From an uncultured Clostridia bacterium (GTDB lineage Bacteria; Bacillota; Clostridia; Christensenellales; CAG-314), in the NCBI GenBank assembly GCA_947625115.1, contig CANQND010000002.1, positions 3,692 to 67,691 on the forward strand: 64,000 bases of DNA. Reading direction: 5' to 3'. Below are positions 18,518 to 26,500 of this stretch, piece by piece; positions within the stretch are counted from its first letter, which is position 1; each line of letters starts with the position of its first letter. Under the pieces are notes generated by a model. The model searched no databases and was not told the origin of the DNA. It saw only the letters and a list, made by a program, of their open reading frames with translations. Made by a program: the position numbers and the translations under genes.

Positions 18518-18802
18518 TTATCTCTTGACAATGAGGAAACGAATGACGCTGTCTTGATTGATACGCATCACGCGTTCCAGCTCTTCGGGCAGAGTTGCGG
18601 GTGCGGTGAAATTGATAAGTACGTAGTAGCCTTCGTTTTTGTAGTTTATCGGATAGGCAAGACGTCTTGTACCCCACTTGTCCACACTGTCAACGGTGCC
18701 GCCGTTACCCGTAACAACCGCGTTGAGCTTTTCCACTACCGCGTCCTTGGCTTCGTCCGCCAAATCGTTGTTAAGGATATACAACAATTCGTAACTGTTC
18801 AT
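18518..18802 (-). CDS. rpsF: 30S ribosomal protein S6
   Basis: ORF 18518..18874, trimmed to ATG 18802 (MNSYELLYILNNDL). RBS AAGGAGGT 8 nt upstream. Confidence 0.95.
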   Translation of the reverse strand: MNSYELLYILNNDLADEAKDAVVEKLNAVVTGNGGTVDSVDKWGTRRLAYPINYKNEGYYVLINFTAPATLPEELERVMRINQDSVIRFLIVKR

Positions 18803-18831
18803 GCTTATTTTACCTCCTTGTGGTCTGTTTG

Positions 18832-18908
18832 GCTGCGGTTCCTCCCCGCAGCAAGGGTTGCCATATTTAGGCAAATTACATTATATAGTAAATATTTACA
18901 AAAATCAA
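18832..18908 (-). promoter_or_regulatory. rpsF promoter plus 5'-UTR hairpin (possible S6:S18-binding leader)
   Basis: Minus strand: TTGATT (18903-18908), 17 nt, TATAAT (18880-18885). The leader hairpin is GCTGCGG (18846-18852) / CCGCAGC (18832-18838) with a GGAGGAA loop. An rpsF leader bound by S6:S18 is described in the literature. Identity with that motif was not verified. Confidence 0.4.
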
Positions 18909-18979
18909 GCGATTTTCAAATAAATCGAAAGTTTACGCCGTCAATTTGACGTATTGCCGACATTTTGCACGTTTTATGC

Positions 18980-19792
18980 TCAATTGTTGCCGTCGGACGC
19001 GCCTTTATCCCGAGAGGGAACGTTTGCGTCGAACCCGCCCTCCGTCAAAAAGTTCATAATGTCGGCAATGATAACATCGTCTTTGTTGGTGTACAGCATA
19101 GCGTGACCCAAATCGGGGTACACCTTGACGGACGCATTGACAAAGTGTTCCGCGACGTATTCCACGGATCTGTACGGGACAAGTTCGTCCAACTTGCCCC
19201 ACAATACCAAAACGGGAGTGGAAATCGGCGAGGCAACTTCCACCATAGTGTTGCATATTTTTACTATGTCGCAAAACGCGATACCGTTGCGCGGAGAAAA
19301 ATATCTGAGGGTGCGCTTCAACGCGATTTTGCCCGTGGTCGCGGCATTTTCGCCGTACGGCGCAAGGACGTTTTGCACGGCGTTGTTTTTCTCGCGCAGA
19401 TTTCCCTCGGCGGAGCGGTAGGTTTGTACCGTTTTGTTGCCGTAAAATTTTACCGCGTCCACAAAAAGCATAGGGTTGAGATATTTGTTGGCGGGCGAAA
19501 GCATAACGGCTCGGTGTACGCGCCTTTCCGCGCACAGAAAAGAAGTCAACGCTCCGCCCATTGAAAAGCCCACCACGTCCACTTGGTCGTGCTTTCGGGC
19601 AAGTTTGTCGTACGCTTCGAGAACGGCTTTGAGAGTTGCGGTTACGGTAAATTTGCGCATATCCACTTCGCCGTTGTGTCCGGGGATCTCAACCGCGCGC
19701 ACTTCGTCGTAGCGACCCAAGTAGTTGTACAACCTACCGAAGTCGCCCGTGTCCGTCAAATATCCGTGTATCGTCATTACCGCCTTGCTCAT
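18980..19792 (-). CDS. alpha/beta-fold hydrolase (esterase/lipase-like)
   Basis: Nucleophile elbow 'GFSMGG'. C-terminal 'DLGHAML' provides the catalytic His. 270 aa. The start lies 1 nt after the ung stop. Confidence 0.75.
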   Translation of the reverse strand: MSKAVMTIHGYLTDTGDFGRLYNYLGRYDEVRAVEIPGHNGEVDMRKFTVTATLKAVLEAYDKLARKHDQVDVVGFSMGGALTSFLCAERRVHRAVMLSPANKYLNPMLFVDAVKFYGNKTVQTYRSAEGNLREKNNAVQNVLAPYGENAATTGKIALKRTLRYFSPRNGIAFCDIVKICNTMVEVASPISTPVLVLWGKLDELVPYRSVEYVAEHFVNASVKVYPDLGHAMLYTNKDDVIIADIMNFLTEGGFDANVPSRDKGASDGNN

Positions 19793-19793
19793 T

Positions 19794-20453
19794 TTACCAC
19801 CTTATACATTTGCCCTGTTTGGCGAGAAATTCGTTTGTTTTGGAAAAATGCTTACAACCGAAAAACCCGTTATACGCCGAGAGCGGACTCGGGTGCGCCG
19901 CAGTCAAAACCAAGTGTTGAGGATTGGTGATCAACTCTTTCTTTTGGTAGGCGTTGCGACCCCACAGCAAAAACACCATTCCGCGCGGGCGCGCGTTGAG
20001 GTGAGAGATAACCGCGTCGGTGAAAATTTCCCACCCTTTGTCCTTGTGGGAATTGGGTTTGCCCGCCTCGACGGTTAGTACCGTGTTCATTAGCAGTACG
20101 CCCTGTTTCGCCCACGGGGTGAGATCGCCGCCGACTATCTCGGAGGGTTTGCCCGTATCCGATTTGATTTCCGCAAATATGTTGACAAGACTTTTGGGAA
20201 CGTCTACGCCCTGCGGCACCGAAAAACACATTCCCATCGCCTGATTGGGATTGTAGTACGGGTCCTGACCGAGTATCACAACGTTTACCTCGTCGTAGGC
20301 GGTGTTGTCGAATGCGTTTAGTATCAATCTCTTGGGTGGATACACGCGCTTTGCCGCGTACTGCTCCACCAAGAAACTTTTTAGTTGAACAAAGTAGGGC
20401 TTGACAAATTCCCTCTTGAAAAGATCGTCCCAACCGTTGTAACTACGTTCCAT
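19794..20453 (-). CDS. ung: uracil-DNA glycosylase (family 1)
   Basis: ORF 19794..20828, trimmed to ATG 20453 (MERSYNGWDDLFKREF). Motifs 'ILGQDPYYNPNQAMG' and 'AAHPSPLSAY'. Confidence 0.93.
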   Translation of the reverse strand: MERSYNGWDDLFKREFVKPYFVQLKSFLVEQYAAKRVYPPKRLILNAFDNTAYDEVNVVILGQDPYYNPNQAMGMCFSVPQGVDVPKSLVNIFAEIKSDTGKPSEIVGGDLTPWAKQGVLLMNTVLTVEAGKPNSHKDKGWEIFTDAVISHLNARPRGMVFLLWGRNAYQKKELITNPQHLVLTAAHPSPLSAYNGFFGCKHFSKTNEFLAKQGKCIRW

Positions 20454-20455
20454 AT

Positions 20456-20854
20456 TTACTCCTCTTTTGCAATGGGCTTGACGCGCATATCCTTTTCGCA
20501 ACGGATCTCGTCGCCCTCTTGTAGCGTCAGCACTTCGCCGTCGTCGTAATCTACCACAACGCCGTTTATCTGTAACGAGATTACCGCCCCGTCTGCCGTT
20601 TTCAGCAAGTAATCGCCTGCTTTGAGCTGTTTTCCGTTGCCCGCTCCGTACTTGCAAAATGCTTTCAAAACAAGCCACTCTCCGTCCGACGTGAGAACAG
20701 CGTCTTGGGCGTAGGCGGCTTTGCGCGCCGACTGTTCCCGCTTCATTTGTCGGTACATAACGACGAAACGCGCAATCAACGCGCCCAGCGACGCCAACGC
20801 TATCGCAAGCACCACCCAAGGCAACCATTGACTAAGTTCCGCAGCAAGCAGCAT
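20456..20854 (-). CDS. small single-pass membrane protein, hypothetical
   Basis: ORF 20456..20944. Start chosen at ATG 20854 (MLLAAELSQWLPWVVLAIALASLGALIARFVV) with a GAGGA RBS. It precedes ung by 2 nt. Confidence 0.45.
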   Translation of the reverse strand: MLLAAELSQWLPWVVLAIALASLGALIARFVVMYRQMKREQSARKAAYAQDAVLTSDGEWLVLKAFCKYGAGNGKQLKAGDYLLKTADGAVISLQINGVVVDYDDGEVLTLQEGDEIRCEKDMRVKPIAKEE

Positions 20855-21027
20855 ACCCTTATCCTCGACAAAAAGTTGTTTCGATAAAAGTATTATATCA
20901 TATACAAAACTGTCTGTCCACATAGAAAATCCGTCAAAAACCATATTGTTTGCACGCTTGAAACCTTAGCTGTTTGACACAAGCGGAAAACGGAGTTATA
21001 ATTTATAAAAAACAAAAAGGAGCCGCT

Positions 21028-22362
21028 ATGTACGAATTTAAGAAAGGCTTTTACTCCGACGTGCGCATAGAGGACCGTTTTTCGACGCAAATACGTTTGC
21101 AAAACGGACAACTGCACGAAGCCAAGGTCACAACAGAAAAGAAGGCTTTTGTACGCGTGTTCGACGGTAAAATGTGGTACTACACGTCTACCGACGACGT
21201 CAGTTCCGTCCAACAGGCACTCAACGAACTGTACGCCTACGCGCATTCTGATAAAAATATCGACCGAAACCCAATTGTTTCGCGCTATCAGACAAACAAG
21301 GACGTAAAAATCGTCTTTGCCGAACATTGCGTAAAAGACGTTCCGTTTGAAGAAAAGTTGAAATTGGTGTCGGAAACGGACGCCAAACTGACAAGTTCTC
21401 TTTGCAACTACAAGAGCGCGCAATATCTCGACAGATACTCGCTGTACGAATTTTACTCTTCCAAGGGAGCCGATATCAAATACGACTTTCAAACCTGCGG
21501 CATAGCTTACGGCTTGGCTTTTGCACACGGTGAGGACACTATGCAGGAGCAACTGAGCAAAGCGCGCACGGAGTTTTCTCAGCTGAACTACTCCGACGAG
21601 GAATTGCACGACTTTATTTCGCGTTGCGAAGACTTCATTCTCAACGCAAAACCCGTCCAAGCGGGAAGCTATCCCGTGGTGCTTGCGCCCATTGTGACGG
21701 GGGTGTTTGCGCACGAAAGTTTCGGACACAAGTCGGAAAGCGACTTTATGTTGGGCGACGAGGCAATGGCAAAGGAATGGACCCTCGGCAAAAAGGTGGG
21801 ATCGGATATTTTGACCATTCGCGAAAGCGGCGTATTTCAAGGAAGCGGTTACGTCCCCTACGACGACGAGGGGACTGCGGCTACGGACACCTACCTCATC
21901 AAAAACGGCGTGCTGACAGGACGTTTGCACAGTGCCGCCACCGCCGCCGCGCTCAACGAACAACTTACGGGAAACGCGCGCGCCATCAGTTGCGACTACG
22001 AACCGATAGTGCGTATGACCACCACTTTTGTGGAAAGCGGCGACAGCACGTTTGAACAGCTTATCGCGCCGATAAAGCACGGCTACTACATATACGACTT
22101 CAAACACGGTAGCGGAATGTCCACATTTACCATCGCCCCCAACCTCGCCTACGAGATTGTGGACGGCAAAGTGGCGGGACCGGTTAAAATAGCCGTCTTG
22201 ACAGGCAACGTGTTTGAAACATTGGGACTGATAGACGGCGTGGGCAACGACAGACAAATACTGAGCTTTGTGACGGGCGGCTGTGGCAAAATGGAACAAT
22301 ACCCGCTCAACGTCGGCTTGGGCGGACCGCATATACGCGTATCCAAAATGAACGTGCAATAG
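21028..22362 (+). CDS. tldD: TldD/PmbA-family metalloprotease (TldD-like)
   Basis: ORF 20974..22362, trimmed to ATG 21028 (RBS AAAGGAG). 'VRIEDRF...VRVFDGKMWYYTSTDD' N-terminus. 'HESFGHKSE' is an HExxxH motif typical of TldD. Confidence 0.8.
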   Translation: MYEFKKGFYSDVRIEDRFSTQIRLQNGQLHEAKVTTEKKAFVRVFDGKMWYYTSTDDVSSVQQALNELYAYAHSDKNIDRNPIVSRYQTNKDVKIVFAEHCVKDVPFEEKLKLVSETDAKLTSSLCNYKSAQYLDRYSLYEFYSSKGADIKYDFQTCGIAYGLAFAHGEDTMQEQLSKARTEFSQLNYSDEELHDFISRCEDFILNAKPVQAGSYPVVLAPIVTGVFAHESFGHKSESDFMLGDEAMAKEWTLGKKVGSDILTIRESGVFQGSGYVPYDDEGTAATDTYLIKNGVLTGRLHSAATAAALNEQLTGNARAISCDYEPIVRMTTTFVESGDSTFEQLIAPIKHGYYIYDFKHGSGMSTFTIAPNLAYEIVDGKVAGPVKIAVLTGNVFETLGLIDGVGNDRQILSFVTGGCGKMEQYPLNVGLGGPHIRVSKMNVQ

Positions 22363-22373
22363 AGAGGCGTAAT

Positions 22374-23600
22374 ATGAAAACGGAAAAATTGGTATCGAAG
22401 AAATCTAACAGATGTCTGAACGTTGTGGCAAATCAGGTGGAAAGTTTGCGCATAAACAACAGCAAACAAAACACTTTCCGCATTTACGACAACGGTTTTA
22501 TCGGAGTGGACGGCTCGTTGGGCGAAGCCGATTGGGAACAATTGGAACAATCGGCTAAGGCAAAACTCGCGCAAGGGATAGACTACCCCGAAACGCACTC
22601 AAAACAGCGCGTTCTTACCGTGGACGCAACAAAGCACATATTCGACGAAAAAGATTTTATCCCTGCCGTTCAATACCTTTTGGACAGATTGGGGGCGGAA
22701 AATCCGCAATTTTTGTTCTCCAACAAGGTGCAACTGAACAGTAGCGAGGACAGTTACGAAAACAGCGACGGAGAACGCTACCTGTATCGCGGCAATCAGT
22801 TTTTGCTTTCGTTGGCGATAAAATTGAAAGGTTCTCCCAACATAATGGACGAGGGTTACGGGGCGGAAAGTCTTGACTTTGACGAGGACGCCATTTGCCG
22901 CGATGTCAAATTGATATGCGACGCGTTTTTGAACAAGTTACCCCACGTCGAAGAGGACGAAGTGACGGTGATAGGCGGAGGCGAACCGCTTCAATACGCT
23001 ATCCAGCACTTGATAGCCGATCTGTACTTCAACAACGCGTCCCTGTTTGCCGACGAACTCGGGCAAAAACTGTTTAACGACAAACTTTCCATAACGATAA
23101 ACCGCAACCCCGCCGAACAAATAAATTTGCCATTCTTTGACGCGGAGGGCGTTGTAAACGAGGGATATGTAAACTACCTCGTCAAAAACGGCGTTTTGGA
23201 AAGATTGCTCACCTGCAAAAAATCCGCCGCACAATACGATACTCCCAACCTCGGTTGCGCGGGCGCGGCTTACAACGGAGTACCCAATGTCGGCGCAGAG
23301 GGTTTGGACGTTCAAAACACCGCCACCGATCTTTGCGAGTTGGTAAAGGGCAAAGCCGTATTTGTTTCCGACACGGGCGGCGGAGATATGACCCCGAGCG
23401 GAGATATAAGTATGCCCGTAATGACGGCGTACCTGTTTGAGAACGGAAAATTGTTGGGCAGACTGCCCGAATTTGTCATTTCCGCAAATATTTTCCAACT
23501 GCTGGGCGACGACTTTGTGGGAGTGACGGACAGCGGGCTGTTCAAATTCGGCAAACAAAAACACTTTGTTTACAAAGCGAAAATCGTAAACAAAGCCTGA
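22374..23600 (+). CDS. pmbA: TldD/PmbA-family protein (PmbA-like partner, lacks the HExxxH motif)
   Basis: 408 aa, immediately downstream of tldD. It has a family-typical Gly-rich C-terminal half ('GCAGAAYNGVPNVGAEGLDV', 'VSDTGGGDMTPSGD'). Confidence 0.65.
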   Translation: MKTEKLVSKKSNRCLNVVANQVESLRINNSKQNTFRIYDNGFIGVDGSLGEADWEQLEQSAKAKLAQGIDYPETHSKQRVLTVDATKHIFDEKDFIPAVQYLLDRLGAENPQFLFSNKVQLNSSEDSYENSDGERYLYRGNQFLLSLAIKLKGSPNIMDEGYGAESLDFDEDAICRDVKLICDAFLNKLPHVEEDEVTVIGGGEPLQYAIQHLIADLYFNNASLFADELGQKLFNDKLSITINRNPAEQINLPFFDAEGVVNEGYVNYLVKNGVLERLLTCKKSAAQYDTPNLGCAGAAYNGVPNVGAEGLDVQNTATDLCELVKGKAVFVSDTGGGDMTPSGDISMPVMTAYLFENGKLLGRLPEFVISANIFQLLGDDFVGVTDSGLFKFGKQKHFVYKAKIVNKA

Positions 23601-23621
23601 GTTATCCGAAAAAAAAGCAAA

Positions 23622-23657
23622 ACCGACTTCGCATAACAAACGAAGTCGGTTTTTTTT
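23622..23657 (+). terminator. rho-independent (bidirectional-looking) terminator after the pmbA-like gene
   Basis: ACCGACTTCG (23622-23631), loop CATAACAAA, CGAAGTCGGT (23641-23650), then T7. An A-run precedes the stem. Confidence 0.8.
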
Positions 23658-23738
23658 GCGGAAAATCGTCGCCGAAAGCGTTGCCGCCGCCGTTAAACTA
23701 CGGCTTGGCGGCTGTTTCGGGCAAGAACTCAATCAAAA

Positions 23739-24215
23739 TTATCTGTAAACAAACAGCGGTTCGGTGTGATCGCGAGTAGCTGTTTGCGCCACAAAATCTA
23801 TCTTGTAACGGTGATAGCGCGTAAAAGTTTCAGCAAAAGTAACCTTTATTTCCACAATACGCATATCGGGGTTGGCTTCGGTTACGTATTCGTTGTAGTT
23901 GAGCGAAAACTCTCTCTTCAAAAACTTACGCAACGCGGCGTTTTGTGCGTCCAAGGGGTGTCCGAGAGATCGCGCCACACCGTGCATATTGTGCGATCCG
24001 TGACAAAGCCCCACGCCGGGGCTGACGGATATGTGATTCATCAACGAATTGCCCACGCGTCCGAGTATGTAAAACACGCCGTCGTGATAAACTGCGTTTA
24101 CGTCGCGAACGCTCACCACGCCGTTGGCGGCAGAAGCCACGCTCATCTCTATCACGTGTCCGAAATTTTCTTCCATTACCTCCAATGCTCTCGCATAAAT
24201 GTCTTTGCTGTCCAT
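23739..24215 (-). CDS. pyridoxamine-5'-phosphate-oxidase-like (FMN-binding split-barrel) family protein
   Basis: 158 aa. The overall pattern ('VASAANGVVSVRDVNAVYHDGVFYI') is typical of PNPOx-like small proteins. This is a weak motif-level call. Confidence 0.45.
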   Translation of the reverse strand: MDSKDIYARALEVMEENFGHVIEMSVASAANGVVSVRDVNAVYHDGVFYILGRVGNSLMNHISVSPGVGLCHGSHNMHGVARSLGHPLDAQNAALRKFLKREFSLNYNEYVTEANPDMRIVEIKVTFAETFTRYHRYKIDFVAQTATRDHTEPLFVYR

Positions 24216-24284
24216 TTCGCCCTCCGCAAACTTTTGTACTTATATTGTAACAAAACGCAAGCGCAAAGTCAATACGTGAATTTG

Positions 24285-24312
24285 AAAAACCCCAAGGGAC
24301 TGACCCTTGGGG
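24285..24312 (-). terminator. rho-independent terminator after the DUF1858 gene
   Basis: Minus strand: CCCCAAGGG-TCAGT-CCCTTGGGG followed by TTTTT (complement of 24285-24289). 16 nt after the stop at 24328. Confidence 0.75.
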
Positions 24313-24327
24313 CTAATGCGCGCAAAC

Positions 24328-24510
24328 TTACGCGTTCAATTGGGCGAGCATATCCTCTACGTCCACGCCGTGAACCGCCGCGGCTTCTTCCACCGTTTCG
24401 GTGTGAGCCATAAGGCAATGGATACAACCCATTCCGTAACGTCCGAAAACGCGAGCGGCTTCCGGCTTGATTTGCAACACTTCTACTATTTTCATATCCT
24501 TGGTTATCAT
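24328..24510 (-). CDS. DUF1858 / hybrid-cluster-protein-associated redox disulfide domain protein (60 aa)
   Basis: 'MKIVEVLQIKPEAARVFGRYGMGCIHCLMAHTETVEEAAAVHGVD' shows the typical CxxC-containing DUF1858 pattern. RBS AAGGAGA. Confidence 0.7.
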   Translation of the reverse strand: MITKDMKIVEVLQIKPEAARVFGRYGMGCIHCLMAHTETVEEAAAVHGVDVEDMLAQLNA

Positions 24511-24543
24511 AGTAATCTCCTTATTGAAAAATTTTGCATTGTT

Positions 24544-24572
24544 ATTTTACAACAGTATGCGCTACTTGGCAA
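24544..24572 (-). promoter_or_regulatory. putative own promoter of the DUF1858 gene
   Basis: Minus strand: TTGCCA (24567-24572), 17 nt, TAAAAT (24544-24549). It lies in the 74-nt gap after the AAA+ gene. Confidence 0.4.
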
Positions 24573-24584
24573 GCAAAAATGCCG

Positions 24585-25742
24585 TTATCTGAAATTTTCG
24601 TACTGTTTGAGCAAATCTGCCGAAATGCTGGGCTGTATCTTTGCAAACGCCTTTTCAAACATTTCGCGAGTGAGAGGTATGGGAGAGTGAAGATCTCCCG
24701 CCTGAATTTGTTCCAACGCCAAGCGGCAGGCTTCTTCTATTATTCCGCAAATATCCGCGGCGGAATAGTAGGCGTCCTCCACTTCCACAACGCCGACGGG
24801 GCTTTCGACGGTGGTTTTGTGTACTGTCATCTGCACAACTTCGTCAACGGTTATGTCGTTTAACTCTATGCCTTGAAGTTTGCTTTCCACTATTGCGCGC
24901 TTTGCCTCGATATCGGGAGGCGACACGTGTACCAAGTGCGAAAATCTCTTGTAACGCAAGTAGGCGGGGTCTATCACGTCGGGACGGTTGGTCGCGGCGA
25001 TAATCATACGCTTTGATCCGTCCACGCCGAAGCCGTTGATACGTTGCAACAGTTCGGTCGTCACCGCCGCCTTGTAGTCCTTTGTGTCCTGCGTGCGGCG
25101 GCTGAAAATGGATTCACATTCGTCCACGAACAGTATCGCTCCGTCCGGACAAGCGTCAATTTCGTCAAACAACTGCCGTACAGCCTGCTCGGACTGACCC
25201 ACATAGGATTTGAAAATATCCGCAGGGGTGATAACGAACAGCGGCAATTTCAACGCGTTGGCTATTGCCTCGGCAAACATTGTTTTGCCCGTGCCGGGCG
25301 CGCCGTACATAAGCAGACCCAAGCCGCCCTCTATTTTGTAGTACTTGATTATGTCGGGGTTTTGAGCGATAAAGATGAAGCTCTTGACGATCTTTTTTAC
25401 GTCCTCCAAACCCTTTACGTCGTCGAAAGTGGTATCGGGAATTTTGCTCTTCACCGACGAACCCAAAACGCGCGCTCTGTCGCCCAAACGCCGTTCAAAA
25501 TCCTTGTACTTTTCCACCTCGGCCGTGTCGGTGTGACGTTCGCTCAACTTGTGCGCCAACTGCGAAGCGCGAAGATATTCCGTCGCCAAAGGCTGACGTT
25601 CTTCGCCCTGAATTTCATGCAGGTCCTTTCTGCCGTTCAACAGGGAGCGAATTTTGTCCGTCGATTCGCGAAACTGCTTTTCAAGATTTTCAATTGTGTC
25701 GGAAGGATTGTTCTTTTCCGATTTTTTTGCCATACCGGACAT
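24585..25742 (-). CDS. g10 of the large operon: classic-clade AAA+ ATPase (FtsH/Vps4/katanin-like single AAA module) with about 100-aa helical N-terminal region
   Basis: 385 aa. Walker A 'GAPGTGKT' (nt 25281-25304). Walker B 'ILFVDECESI'. Second region of homology 'IIAATNRPDVIDPAYLRYKRFSHLVHVSPPD'. Strong RBS AAGGAGGA that overlaps the end of g9. Confidence 0.85.
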   Translation of the reverse strand: MSGMAKKSEKNNPSDTIENLEKQFRESTDKIRSLLNGRKDLHEIQGEERQPLATEYLRASQLAHKLSERHTDTAEVEKYKDFERRLGDRARVLGSSVKSKIPDTTFDDVKGLEDVKKIVKSFIFIAQNPDIIKYYKIEGGLGLLMYGAPGTGKTMFAEAIANALKLPLFVITPADIFKSYVGQSEQAVRQLFDEIDACPDGAILFVDECESIFSRRTQDTKDYKAAVTTELLQRINGFGVDGSKRMIIAATNRPDVIDPAYLRYKRFSHLVHVSPPDIEAKRAIVESKLQGIELNDITVDEVVQMTVHKTTVESPVGVVEVEDAYYSAADICGIIEEACRLALEQIQAGDLHSPIPLTREMFEKAFAKIQPSISADLLKQYENFR

Positions 25743-25753
25743 CGCTTTCCTCC

Positions 25754-26500
25754 TTAGGCTATATCGCCGATGTCGCCTACGCCGCCGCCGTTGCCGTTAC
25801 CGTCGGGCTTACCGCCGCCGTTGTCGCCGCTGTTCGATTGCGGCGCGGGAGCGTTACCCGCATTTTTGGGCGAGGACGACGCGCGCATATCCGCCATCAA
25901 TTTCTTTGCATAAGAGTTTTCCTGTTCGGGAGCGACGCCCTTGTTCTTTTTGGATTGCTTTGCAAAGCCCTTTTGCGACATCGTTTTCATACGAACGCTG
26001 ACCGTTTTGAGGCTGTTGACCATTTCCAACGCGATCCTTTGACTGCTGACGAGCATTTCACACATCTGATTCATACGCGCGGCGTTGTTCCTAATGGCGC
26101 GACGTACCTGACGTTTGCGCCTCATACGCTCCCAAAAGCCGTACTTTTGCGACATAGTTGCGGCAAGCACTTCCTGTTGCATATTGAGTACGTCGTCTAC
26201 GCAATCGATAGCCTGACCGATACACTGCATTGCAAATCCAACGTCGTTCAATAAATCGATGACGGATTTCATTTGCATTGTAACGTCCAAAAACGTTATC
26301 AATATCTGCGTGCGGTAGTCCTCTTCGCCGTACTGATCCTCGAAAGAGATTGCGCGTTGGCAAAGTTGCATTATGCGACGGTCCAATTCTCTGCGCTTTT
26401 TCTTGCGCTCCGCATTGAGCATTACTTGTTTGTTTTGTTCCTCAATGTTGGATTGTTCCTGTTCCATTTGTTGAAGTTGATCGCTGTAATCTTCTGGCAT
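25754..26500 (-). CDS. g9: 248-aa predicted all-helical/coiled-coil protein with Gly/Asn-rich C-terminal tail
   Basis: ORF with a TAATG overlap to the g8 stop. Heptad-like charged sequence ('QLQQMEQEQSNIEEQNKQVMLNAERKKKRRELDRRIMQL'). Tail 'SNSGDNGGGKPDGNGNGGGVGDIGDIA'. No enzymatic motif. Confidence 0.6.
   Translation of the reverse strand: MPEDYSDQLQQMEQEQSNIEEQNKQVMLNAERKKKRRELDRRIMQLCQRAISFEDQYGEEDYRTQILITFLDVTMQMKSVIDLLNDVGFAMQCIGQAIDCVDDVLNMQQEVLAATMSQKYGFWERMRRKRQVRRAIRNNAARMNQMCEMLVSSQRIALEMVNSLKTVSVRMKTMSQKGFAKQSKKNKGVAPEQENSYAKKLMADMRASSSPKNAGNAPAPQSNSGDNGGGKPDGNGNGGGVGDIGDIA

Noticed and set aside
21028-23600. The TldD/PmbA pair as part of a RiPP (microcin B17-like) maturation cluster.
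   Set aside because: No precursor peptide, cyclodehydratase, dehydrogenase or export genes are adjacent. The pair is flanked by ung and small redox proteins, which is consistent with the common housekeeping TldD/PmbA arrangement.
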